From: the human T2T-CHM13v2.0 reference genome, Homo sapiens | Assembly (NCBI RefSeq): GCF_009914755.1 | Contig: NC_060946.1 | Strand: one strand, 5' to 3' | Length of the DNA: 64,000 nucleotides | In this document: positions 37,966 to 64,000 of the stretch, one piece after another | How positions within the stretch are numbered: position 1 is the stretch's first letter | How the letters are laid out: the number at the start of each line of letters is the position of its first letter | The notes under the pieces: generated by a model | What the model was told of the DNA's origin: nothing | Databases searched by the model: none | What the model saw: the letters and a program-made list of their open reading frames with translations, nothing else | Translations under genes and position numbers: made by a program

Positions 37966-38004
<39 letters not shown>
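37966..38004. repeat. (CA)n microsatellite in an Alu linker
   Basis: Pure AC run. Confidence 0.95.
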
Positions 38005-38006
<2 letters not shown>

Positions 38007-38126
38007 TAGCTGGGCATGATGGCATGCACTTGTAGTCTCAGCTACTAAGGAGGCTGAGGTGGGAGGATCACTTCAGCCCAGATTGAGGCTGCAGTGAGCC
38101 ATGATCATGCCATTGCATTGCAGCTA

Positions 38127-42345
<4,219 letters not shown>

Positions 42346-42614
42346 GTTAAAAGTAAACATTTTTATGGGAAATCTCTTATCCAAAATTCTTTCAAGATTT
42401 TACCTTATTTAGTGACTAGTTCTGTATTTTTGCATGAGGAATAAATATGTCTCTGGAAGGAAAAAAACTATTGCTATTAATAGTTATATGAACCTTCTAG
42501 AACCTAATCTAATACCAGACAACTGAGGCTAAAGAAATGCTAGATTGCAGCCCCAGTGGCCAGACATGAATATAAGAAGGAAAACAGGCTGGGTGTAGTG
42601 GCTCACGCCTGTAA

Positions 42615-42707
<93 letters not shown>

Positions 42708-42724
42708 TGAGACCATCCTGGCTA

Positions 42725-42946
<222 letters not shown>

Positions 42947-43029
42947 TTAGTCCTCACATACCTATGTTTTACATCAATCCCCAAATAGTTCTTTCCCACA
43001 AAGCATACTGGACCAATAGTACAGAAATG

Positions 43030-48834
<5,805 letters not shown>

Positions 48835-49257
48835 TCAGGAGGCTGAGGCAGGAGAATAGCTTGAACCCAGGAGACGTGAGTTGTGGTGAGCCGAGATCGC
48901 GCCATTGCACTCCAGCCTGGGCGACAAGAGTGAAACTCTATCTCAAAAAAAAAAAAAAAAAAAACTTTCAAATTAACATTCAATTTTAATGGAAAAAGTC
49001 TAGAATATACCTTAAAATAAAAAACAAGTAAAATATTTATAGTAACTACGAGGAAGGAGGCTTTCACTTTTCATGGCATACCCTCCTGTAATGTTTCAAT
49101 TTATTAGTTTTGAGCATCCTTTTTTTTTTTTTTTGAGACAAGGTCTTGCTCTGTCACCCAGGCTGGAGTGCAGTGGCATGAACGTGGCTCACCGCAGCCT
49201 TGACCTCGTGGGCTGGGAACACAGGCACACCACAGCCATGCCTGGTTAATTTTTTAG

Positions 49258-49389
<132 letters not shown>

Positions 49390-49759
49390 TAACTGTCTTG
49401 TGACACAAACAGGTGGATTGGTGCTGTCATCAATAATAATTGTGACTAATTAGCTCATCAGGTCCTAGGATGGCTTTGGGGCAGCAGTTGGTGCAACTTC
49501 TGGTAACTTCTGTCATCAAACTCTGGTTATGTGGATGTCTCTGAGTCATATCAATGTAGTAGCCTCTTCTGAGTAGGAATGGTATTTGTGTGTCTCTGGG
49601 TCTGAATCCCTCGTGAAACTATAAGCTCCTTGAGGGCAGGTATTATTTCTCATTGCTCTTAGCAAGTCACCTGTTGTTTGGCATACCCAGCTGTCCTCTG
49701 GAGACTGTCCTTTACTTTCTGCATCCACATAGCTATAGTAGGAGCCACCATATTTGCGC

Positions 49760-51212
49760 AACATGGCCCTACCAATGGCTGCTGTTGACTGGACTGGAGA
49801 TAGAGCCCATCTTAAGCCAAGCCACTGAAAGCCTCATGGCCCCACTCATGGATGTTGTTGATTGGACTGTGGGTAGGGTCCAACCCAAGCTGGACCAATG
49901 GAGCTCTTCCTCAAGATTTTGGAATTAAGTTTAAGAGAAGGGATCTTACTGACCCAGCTTGAGTATTTAGAGGAGCTGTTGACACCATTATTTTTCCTGT
50001 GAACAGGGAACTAGTTAACGAAGAGAAGTGGTGCTCATAGAGGAGAAAAAAGAATGAGGGACACAGAAAAAATACATCTTAGATTTCCTGGCATCTCTCA
50101 GTTCCTGTTTCCAGGCCTGTAGGGAAAAGAAAGAGAGATCAGACTGTTACTGTGTCTATGTAGAAAAGGAAGACATAAGATACTCCATTTTGATCTGTAC
50201 TAAGAAAAATTGTTTTGCCTTGAGATACTGTTAATCTGTAACTTTAGCCCCAACCCTGTGCTCACACAAATATGTGCTGTATGGAATCAAGGTTTAAGGG
50301 ATCTAGGGCTGTGCAGGATGTGCCTGGTTAACAATATGTTTGCAGGCAGTATGCTTGGTAAAAGTCATCGCCATTCTCGATTAACCAGGGGCACAATGCA
50401 CTGTGGAAAGCCACAGGGACCTCTGCCCAAGAGAGCCTGGGTATTGTCCAAGGTTTCCCCCCACTGAGACAGCCTGAGATATGGCCTCGTGGGAAGGGAA
50501 AGACCTGACCGTCCCCTAGCCCTACATCCATAAAGGGTCTGTGCTGAGGAGGATTAGTAAAAGAGGAAGGCCTCTTGCAGTTGAGATAAGAGGAAGGCCT
50601 CTGTCTCTTGCATATCCCTGGGAATGGAATGTCTCGGTGTAAAACCCACTAGTACATTTGTTCTATTCTGATAGGAGAAAACCACCCTGTGCCTGGAGTT
50701 GAGATATGCTGGTGGCAATGCTGCTCTGTTACTCTTTGCTACACTGAGATGTTTGGGTGGAGAGAAGCATAAATCTGGCCTACGTGCACATCCGGGCACA
50801 ATACCTTCCCTTGAACTTATTTATGACACAGATTCCTTTGCTCACATGTTTTCCTGCTGACCTTCTCCCCACTATCACCCTGTTCACCTGCCGCATTCCC
50901 CTTGCGGAGATAGTGAAAACAGTAATCAATAAATACTGAGGGAACTCAGAGACCGGGGCCGGTGCGGGTCCTCCATATGCTGAGCACCGGTCCCCTGGGC
51001 TCACTGTTCTTTCTCTATACTTTGTCTCTCTGTCTTATTTCTTTTCTCAGTCTCTCGTCCCACCTGACGAGAAATACCCACAGGTGTGGAGGGGCTGGCC
51101 CTCTTCACAGGCCCCTCCCAAAACCTGGCTGCATCAGATCTCCCCCCACCCCTTCACTGCTTGAGTCAATTTGAGTGAGTCTGTTACTTTCAGCCAAAAG
51201 TATCCCAAGGAA
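49760..51212 (+). mobile_element. Old MLT1 LTR interrupted by the LTR5
   Basis: MLT-like body (cccaagctggaccaat) and terminus (tctgttactttcagccaaaag) on either side of the LTR5. Confidence 0.5.
50118..51107 (+). mobile_element. Solo HERV-K(HML-2) LTR, LTR5A/5B type
   Basis: TGTAGGGAAAAGAAAGAGAGATCAGACTG...GGGGCTGGCCCTCTTCA; internal AATAAA; 6-bp TSD CAGGCC (50112-50117 and 51108-51113). Confidence 0.92.
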
Positions 51213-51553
51213 TTTAGAGCCTGAGAGAAGTCCAATGTCACACTGCAGGCCAATGAAGAACTATCCTCTTTCTGCTGACTCTCAAACGCAAAGTTCTTTG
51301 GGGCAAGAAAGAAACAAGGAAGAAAAAAATCACTCACATCTGTTGAAGACTTACTATGTGCTAGGTATTTTGGAATGTCATTTATTTAATGTTTACCATG
51401 GCAGAAGGTAGATTTTATTCTATTAGCTTACAGATAAGGAAACTGAGGCTCAGATATGTTGAATAACTTGTCTAGAGAAGAAATGGGGATTATATTTAAT
51501 TATTTTAACAAATTCCATGATTGTCAGTTACCTCCTGTTGCTTTTTTTTTTGA

Positions 51554-51661
<108 letters not shown>

Positions 51662-53478
51662 TAGCTGGGATTACAGGCATGGGCCACCACACTCTGCTAA
51701 TTTTCTATTTTAAATAGAGATGGGGTTTCACCATGTTGGTCAGGCTGGTCTCAAACTCCTGACCTCAGGTGATCCACCCACCTTGGCCCCCAAAGTGCTG
51801 GGATTACAGGCATGAGCCACTGCACCCGGCCCCATATTGCCTCTTAAAAGGTGTGCTATCAGCATGAGGCTGTTGAAAGATAATAAGGTAGCCAGTGAGC
51901 ACCCTAGGAGGAAGGTGACTAGTACGTTGGCAGTCAGCCTCTTGAAATCTTGTAGAGTACAGACAGAACCAAGAGTTGAGACAGCCATGTCTCCCCCACA
52001 TTTTAAGACCATTCTCTTTCTAGAACTCACTCACTGCCTTCTGGTTGCTTTAGGACTCCCAGTACCCACCCAGACAGCCCCAGCTCCAGCCTCTGGAGAC
52101 ATCTCCTTAGTGGGTTCTCTGCATGCCCTTCCATCCTTGGGAAAACCCAGAACAAAACCAGATCTTCCAACAGAGGCTCTGCAATGGAAAAATCCCAGGG
52201 GACTGAGGTGCATGATCTGCTTTGGAGCACTCAGGGATATCTGTCTCCTCACACTGGGCTGGTTGTGGTGAAGGGTGCACCGGGCTCTTTTAATGTACAC
52301 ATCTGGATTGAACTGAGATTCCCACAGCAGATTTCCTAATGGTGAGTGGAGGACAACAGATAAATAAATATAATTAGGAACAGTATCCAGACTGACGCAT
52401 GCTGAAGAGTTTCAGCAGGTACCAACAGATATATTCAGGAGTCAGAGAAGCTTGGGAAATTCCCATAGTCATAAATTGTAATCTCCGGGTCAAGTTAGCT
52501 GACCATCAGAAATCATCCTGGCAGGTCTTTTAACACTGCAGTTTCCTGAGCCTGACTTCTGAGGATTCTGATTCCATAGGCCTGTGGTGTATTTGTCATT
52601 TTGAGAAGCCTCCAGGGGGATTCTGACAACTGGCCAAACTTAGAGAGATTCACAAGGCACATTGTCACATTAAAGGCACTGAAAAGTCCTGTAATAATGA
52701 CACCCACATCATTTCACTGAACCAGTTTATCAAAGTTACTTGAACACAGATCTCTCCCTCTATATATTTTGTACACCTGTTTTTACAAGGTCTACTGCTC
52801 AGGGAGCTTGCCAAGATTTCCTCTTAATAATTCTATACTAATATCATAAATCCAGGTTTTTTTATGTCTTTCCTACCATTTTGTAGTATCCACTGGCTGT
52901 TCTCTCCTTGAAGGCAGGAATAGTGTCTGTTTTATTTGCAATATCCCTTATGCAGAGTCTGAGTAAATGAGTCTTTTAAGATAATCTCTGAACAGGGGAT
53001 GTGGCCCTCTGCCTCCCCGGTTCAATGAAGTACTTTGATACCAGGGTGGAAGAGAGATTTAAAGCAGCATGTCATAGTAGGAAAGGCTGCAGAGCCACTT
53101 TTGGTTGACAGTCATGGATGATGAGTGCCAGCAGTCCAGCTCCTTCTCCTCTGAGCTGTTTCTCCACTGCTCTGAGATCAACCTCTTAACAAACTTGGTC
53201 CCCAGGTAAAAGCCCTCCTGAGACATTTGGTTAAGAAGAGGAGTTTCCCATTTCTCCCCTTCTCCTTTCAGCCACCAGGCATTGAAGGGAGCAGTGCTGA
53301 GGCCATTTAAATGGGCTTCTCCATAGAATGGGCCCTTCTGTTGGAAACTGGGTTATGCACAAACCATTCACAATGGCTTTTTACACCCCAGAAGCACTAA
53401 GATCCCCCTAATCTTCAGTCAAAACAGAGCATGAAGGGTGGGGTATTCATCCCAAAGGCACTGGGCATCTGAAAGTTA

Positions 53479-54028
<550 letters not shown>

Positions 54029-54335
54029 TGAGCAGCTGAGATTACAGGCGTTCGCCACCACGTCTGGCTAATTTTGTGTTTTTAGTAGAGACGAGGTTTC
54101 ACCATGTCGGCCAGGCTGGTCTTGAACTCCTGACCACTGGTGATCCGCCCACCTCGGCTTCCCAAAGTGTTGGGATTACGGGGTGAGCCACCGTGCTGGC
54201 CACAAGGCATCCTCACAAGAGTTTTGCTACCATTATCTCCCGTTACAGTTGAGGAAACTGAGGCATGCAGAGGTTAAATGAAGCACCCATCAGAGCCAAG
54301 CAGTTAGATGGCAAAGTTGTATTAGTCTGATTTAA

Positions 54336-55270
<935 letters not shown>

Positions 55271-56404
55271 CAATGCAGAGACAGGAAGCAGGAAACCACC
55301 AGGAATACTGCAGCTCCCTGGGAAGAGCAGTGGCGGGACTTGATTACAAGCCCTAGTCATGAATAGATGAGGAGCTGAGAGACACAGAAGGCTGTGGGGA
55401 GAGGGCCACCAGGAAGATGCTGGGTCCTTTGGTTGAAGGACACAGCTAGTCCATAGTTACTTGGCAAGGAGGGAGCTAGAAAAATAAATAGCCTGACCTC
55501 AGTTTCCTTTCTTTTTTCTTTCTTTCCCTCCTTCTTTCTTTTTTTCTTTTTTTTTTTTTGAGACAGAGTTTTGCTCTTGTTGCCCAGGCTGGAGTGCAAC
55601 GGCGTGATCTTGGCTCACTGCAACCTCCACCTCCTGGTAAAAGGGATTCTCCTGCCTCAGCCTCCCAAGTTGCTGGGATTACAGGTGCCCACCGCCATGC
55701 CTGGCTAATGTTTTGTATTTTTGGTAGAGACGGTTTTGCCATGTTGGCCAAGCTTATCTTGAACTCCTGACCTCAGGTAATCTACCCGCCTCGGCCTCCC
55801 AAAGTGCTGGGATTACAGGCATGAGCCACTGCGCCCGGCCTTCTCACTTTCTTTTTTGAGATGGAGTCTCACTCTGCCACCCAGGCTTGAGTGCAATGGC
55901 GAGGTCTCGGCTCACTGTAACCTCCACCTGGGTTCAAGCGATTCTCCTGCCTCAGCATCCTGAGTAGCTGGGACTACAGGTGTGTGCCACCACACCCAGC
56001 TAATTTTTGTAGTTTTAGTAGAGACAGGGGTTTCACTATGTTGGCCAAGCTGCTCTCGAACTCCTGACCTCATGATCCGTATGCCTCAGCCTCTCAAAGA
56101 GATGGCAAAGATCCCAAAGATTACAGGTGTGAGCCACCGTTCCCGGCCACTTTCTCACTTTCATCTTCTGTTGTTGCTCTCCTTTGGCTGATCTTAACAT
56201 GAAGCTGAGTAAGGGAGCCAGCTTATTGATGCAGTCAGTAGAAGCCAGCTTCCCAGGGAGATCCAGGTTGGGGGAATATGGAGTGTGGATCAGGAGAGGT
56301 AAGGAGATGATATTTGGCAAAAGTACTTCTTAGAGTCACACATCTTGTAATGATAGACCTCAGATTCAAATTCAAGTCTGTTTAAAGTCAAATTATACCA
56401 TCTA

Positions 56405-56465
56405 TGCATCCTTCCATGCATCCATCCATGCATCCATCCATCTATCCATCCATCCATTCTTCCAT
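56405..56465. repeat. Degenerate (TCCA)n
   Basis: catccatccatctatccatccatcca. Confidence 0.8.
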
Positions 56466-57169
56466 TTCCTGAGTGCCTACTGTGTGGCAGGCATTCTGCT
56501 AACCTAACAACCCAGTGAGAGACATACTTATATTCCTATTTTATAAAGGCCCAGAGAGGTTAAGTAAATAATCCAGAGTCACACAGCCAGGGAGTGGCAA
56601 AGCTAGAATTCTTATTTAATTCCAAACTTGATTTCTACCCTCTCCACCACCAACCACCCATATATATCCACTGACCAACCTATTCATTCATCAGACTTTT
56701 ACTGCATGTCTCAAGTAAGCTATGCACTGTGTTTAGAGCTGAATGAGACACCATTCTTATGTCTCCATGATATTCACAGTCTGGTAGGAGAAACAGACCT
56801 GTATACAGGTTATTGTGCAGTGGTCGGGGACAGGAACTTTGAGAGAGGAACGTATGGTGCCCACTTGTGGGCATATAGGAGTGAGAGGTCTGCTCAGCTG
56901 GGGAAAGACAGCATCCTTTTGAGGTGGGTTTTGAAGGATGCATAAGATTTTAAGGGGACAGTGCATCTTGGAAGGGCATCATATCTTTGTAGTCCAGCTG
57001 CCTCTCCTTTGCTCGAGCTTCCTTCCTTCCTTCAGGGGTTAATTTGGAAGGACTGAGTTTTGCTGTTATTGAGCAAACAGAGTCCTCTAAAGTGCATAGC
57101 CCAGGGGCTGGAATGGAGCTCACGATGTATGTGTGGGGGAGAAAAACTACTTTGATTTGAATTCCTGTC

Positions 57170-57635
57170 TGGCTATTTTTGAGATGTTATATATGACCTT
57201 ATGAGGGCCCTTCCCTATGTGGTCATGTCTATAAGAGATTTCGTATCTTTACCCACTGGTGTCAGGTTGGCTGGGTGACTTTCAGCCAATGGGATATGAG
57301 TGGAGGTGGTATGTGCTAATTCTGGGCAGACCCATTAAGGGCCCTTCTGTGGTCACCCTTTGGTCTCCCTTTTTGTGATACTATGGATAGTCTTTATTTA
57401 TTATTCTCCAAGGGTTGTGCCTCACCTTCCCTTTTTACTGCTGCCCCAAGACCATCAGGTTTCCACAAGGGGGTTGCTTCTTTAGCCTTAATCCTGGAAT
57501 GAAGTGATGAGGGTCAGAGCCAGAGCTGAGCTGCAAGTGTGTGTCACATTCCAGAGGAAGGAATGGTTGTTACTCTAAGACATGGACTTTTGAGGTCATC
57601 TGTTATCATAGCATAGTGTAGCCTAAGCTGACCAC
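57170..57635 (+). mobile_element. MLT1 LTR (old)
   Basis: CAGCCAATGGGATATGAGTGGAGGTG...TGTTATCATAGCATAG..CCTAAGCTGAC terminus. Confidence 0.55.
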
Positions 57636-58313
57636 AGCAAGGCATCTCACCTTTCGACATGTTAGTTTGCTCATCCATAGAAGTGGATTAATAGTTGTAG
57701 TCGCATGGCAAAAACCCATCCCTACAAAAAAAAAAAAAAATTAGCCAGGCATGGTGGTGCACGACTGTAGTTCCAGCTACTCAGGGGGCTGAGGCGGGAG
57801 GATCATCTGGGCCTAGGGAAGTTGAGGCTGCAGTGAGCTGTGATCACACCACTGTACTCCAGCCTGGGTGACAGAGTGAGATCCTGTTTCAAGAAAAAAA
57901 CATATCTGTAGTCATGTTATTGGGTTTTGTGAAAATTAGGTGAAATTGCTCAGTAAAAGCACAGTTTCTAGCCCAATGTGTGTCTGCACTTTGCAGATGT
58001 TCAAGACTCTTCTTCCAGTCCCTTTCTCTGTCATACTTATTTCTCCCCAGGGCCTTTGCATGTCCATGCTCTTCCTTTGCCTGAGGCTTTTTCTCATTTC
58101 CTTCTTTACTCAAGATCCCATATGCAGACCTAGCTCCCCCAGGGGGCCAGATAAGGATGGGCTTAGAGCCCCAGAAAAGTCAGGACAGGAAAGGGATGAG
58201 AAAGGTTGCACTTCAGCAACCAGAATCAGGAAATCTAGAAGAGAGTTCCTTTAACCTCAACATGTGCATATATTTTGTGCTTTATGGTTTTGCATTCTTT
58301 TAATTTTGATTTA

Positions 58314-58568
<255 letters not shown>

Positions 58569-59806
58569 CTACACTCCAGACTGGGCGACAGAGTGAGACT
58601 CTGTCTCAAAAAAAAAAAAAAAAAAGTGACATAATTAAAAGAGCCATCATCTATGGCCTTTAAGTGTCATGTGTGTGCTCATCTTTCCTTGCTTTACTAC
58701 TCAAAGATTATCTTTTCCATGTGACCTGCTCTTTCCTGCCTCTGTCACCACCAAACATCAAAGCCTTAAGTTTTGTTTGGCTGTTTGTTATCTCTTGAGA
58801 ATTGAGCACCAGAGCTATTGGGTGGGCTTGATGTTGACCTACAATGCAGGATGTCTGTGGGCATGACTCTCTCCTAGGCACTCACAGACACTTGAAGCTG
58901 GGGACTGAGGTCCTCTAGTGTGTGTCTGTGGGGGTGAAGGAGTGCACCCTCATCCTCCTGCACTTTCGGGTCTTGTAGCAGCAACTCCCTGTTTCTGTCC
59001 TTTCTACTTACTGCTGGTTTCATCACACTCCCAGGGTTAATTTAAAGAACCAGCCTCGGTGTGATGCACCTACAACAAACAGAGCCACTTCTGTGGGGAG
59101 CTCTGGAGCTGGGATGGCCCCTCAGAGTCTAGAGGTGGTGAGAGCGCTGGAGCTTCATCACCGTGCTAACTGTGTCCCTGGAAGAGTGAGGGAGCTTGAG
59201 TGATTCCTTACCCAAGGGCCGTCATAAAAGGTCTCAGCTGATGCCTACTGCCGATCACATTCAGCTATTTGGGAAGAGATGTTCAGTCCTTAAGAGGACA
59301 TTATTAGTGGACATCACTCTTTCCACAAAAGCCCCAGTCTTGTGTTACTTAGTCCCACTAGCTTCTTTAAAGAAACCCCAAGAGCATTTCCTCCAGGAAT
59401 CTGTTTGATCTCTTTTCCTGGGGGAGATTTCCAGGTGATTCTCATTGGAATGAATCCTAGGTCCTGTTGCTGCTGCTGGTCTCACACTGTGACTGATGCT
59501 AAGTCCTTCTCTTCCACCACCATTCTGGATTTTCCTTGCTATAGCCTAAGTGTTTATGTCTCCCCAAATTGTCAGCGTTGGAGCACCAAGAAGACAGGCA
59601 GCACTGACAGTAGCAGAAGAGTAGGAGGTGGCTGTGGCACCCCACGCCGAGCAGGAGCGGGAGGAGTTCCTGGGCGATGGGGCCGCAGCCTGGGCCGATG
59701 CTGACCATGGGATGAGATCATTCTTCACTCTGCACCGTGACCATCAGGGGGCGCCCCAACCACCTTTTCTGCCCCACATCGTGCTCTTGCAGTGTTCTCC
59801 CCGCAG

Positions 59807-60004
59807 GTGCTGCATGGAGTGAGTGGCGGCATCCACCGTGAGGAGGAGAGGAGCTCTGATACCCTCAGGACCCGCCAGGAGGGGCATCACGGAGGCTTCT
59901 GGACGACTTGGAGCTGTGTCCTGGGGAGAAAACCGCTCCTGTCTGGGCCCTGAGTGCTGAGGAGGAAGCTGCCATGCACTTTTCCCTGGCATTTTTCCTG
60001 CATG
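59807..60004 (+). ncRNA. Isolated exon with strong splice sites, probably the BCRP2/LCR22 non-coding transcript
   Basis: gttctccccgcag| acceptor and ATG|gtgagt donor around a CpG-containing block. Identity inferred only from recalled locus order. Confidence 0.45.
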
Positions 60005-60187
60005 GTGAGTACAGAAGCTTTAGTTTTCTGGTATGTTCTGTTCATTCCTCTCCTGTTCTCCCTGGTTTTCCTCTTTCTCTTGTAGTGTTTTAGTATTTAT
60101 TTTACAGTGGTATTCATTCTCTGAAGGCTTTTGAGGGTGTCAAGTGTAGCAGACTGTGGTATTTTTAGGGGTTTAAGACTTTTTCTG

Positions 60188-60434
60188 GGTGGGGGGGAGG
60201 GGGGAGGGATAGCATTAGGAGATATACCTGATGCTAAATGACGAGTTGATGGGTGCAGCACACCAACATGGCACATGTATACATATGTAACAAACCTGCA
60301 TGTTGTGCACATGTACCCTAAAACTTTAAAGTATAATAATAATAAAAAAATCTTGGTTTTTATTAAAAATAAATAAATAAATAAATACATTTCTAGTTCT
60401 GAAAAAAAGAAAAAAACCAAACCAACAACAGAAA
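60188..60434 (+). mobile_element. 5'-truncated L1PA 3' end with a short 3' transduction
   Basis: GGAGGGATAGCATTAGGAGATATACCT...AAAGTATAATAA; 13-bp TSD AAGACTTTTTCTG (60175-60187 and 60435-60447). Confidence 0.9.
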
Positions 60435-60689
60435 AAGACTTTTTCTGAGGGAACCTCCCCTGTGTAGAGGGAGAGAGAGGGAAGCCCCGCTCAGGTTGGA
60501 GTCAGGGCCAGGCCCAGTTCTGGCTGGCTGCCTCGTGTCCAAGCCTCAGAGGGAGGATTTGCGTTGGGCCTTGCTGCATTTTTAAATCTTCGTTCCTGCC
60601 ATCAGGACCCAGGGGTCACTCTTCTTCACTTTTGGGCAGCGCGTGTCCTCTCGTGTCCCTCCCACCGTGGCCGCCTGACCAGGGGCGAG

Positions 60690-63560
<2,871 letters not shown>

Positions 63561-63811
63561 TTTCCTTTTTTTGATGTGTAAAAAGATAAACCTATTGTGG
63601 CAACAGCCAAGAACGGTAATAATCAAATGCAGGAATTAGGTGCCATTTATATTTCCCCACTCAGAGTATAAGACTTCCTGCCTCACAGAAGTAAATGAGA
63701 TTTTTCTGTGCATATAGTAAAATTTTACTTTTCATATTTTAATTTTTCGTGTCCTAAAAAGTTAACACAATTTAATTAAAAATTAAAGCCACTAAAACAT
63801 TTATGTAACAA

Positions 63812-64000
63812 TTTCTTTTTAAATTTTACTTTAAGTCCTGGGATACATGTGCAGAATGTGCAGGTTTGTTACATAGGTATACATGTGCCATGGTGGTTTG
63901 CTGCATCTATCAACCCGTCATCTAGGTTTCAAGCCTGGTATGCATTAGGTATGTGCCCTAATGCTCTCCCTCCCCTTGCCCCCAACCCCCTGACATGCCA
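63812..64000 (-). mobile_element. L1PA 3' end, antisense, running off the window
   Basis: TTTTACTTTAAGTCCTGGGATACATGTGCAGAATGTGCAGGTTTGTTACATAGGTATACATGTGCCATGG. Confidence 0.9.

Overview
Alu-dense primate (almost certainly human) genomic DNA. The gene content matches 22q11.21 just proximal to LCR22-D; this placement is from recognised protein sequences, not a database search. From left to right: (1) exons 1-2 of a P2RX6 duplicate (P2RX6P, minus strand), head-to-head with (2) the complete 9-exon LRRC74B gene (plus strand, 392 aa reconstructed, all GT-AG), sharing a CpG-rich promoter with twin RFX X-boxes; (3) an intron-containing, multiply disabled alpha-tubulin 3 pseudogene (TUBA3GP, exons 2-5); (4) tail-to-tail with it, a two-exon relic of MZT2/MOZART2 cut off inside its exon 2 at about 37783, where the sequence switches abruptly from GC-rich to AT-rich; (5) a probable retrocopied 3'UTR broken up by Alus and an MST LTR; (6) solo LTRs (MER11D, LTR5, LTR47-like, ERVL, MLT); (7) an isolated exon near 59.8 kb (probably the BCRP2/LCR22 transcript) and a short L1 with an apparent 3' transduction. 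I found no convincing new biological system. The best leads are the fossil TUBA3-MZT2 module and its breakpoint, a possible in-frame LRRC74B-tubulin-tail splice chimera, the intact P2RX6P exons and the L1 transduction. Most ORFs in the supplied track are Alu-derived or chance ORFs. Repeat boundaries are approximate unless a TSD is quoted.
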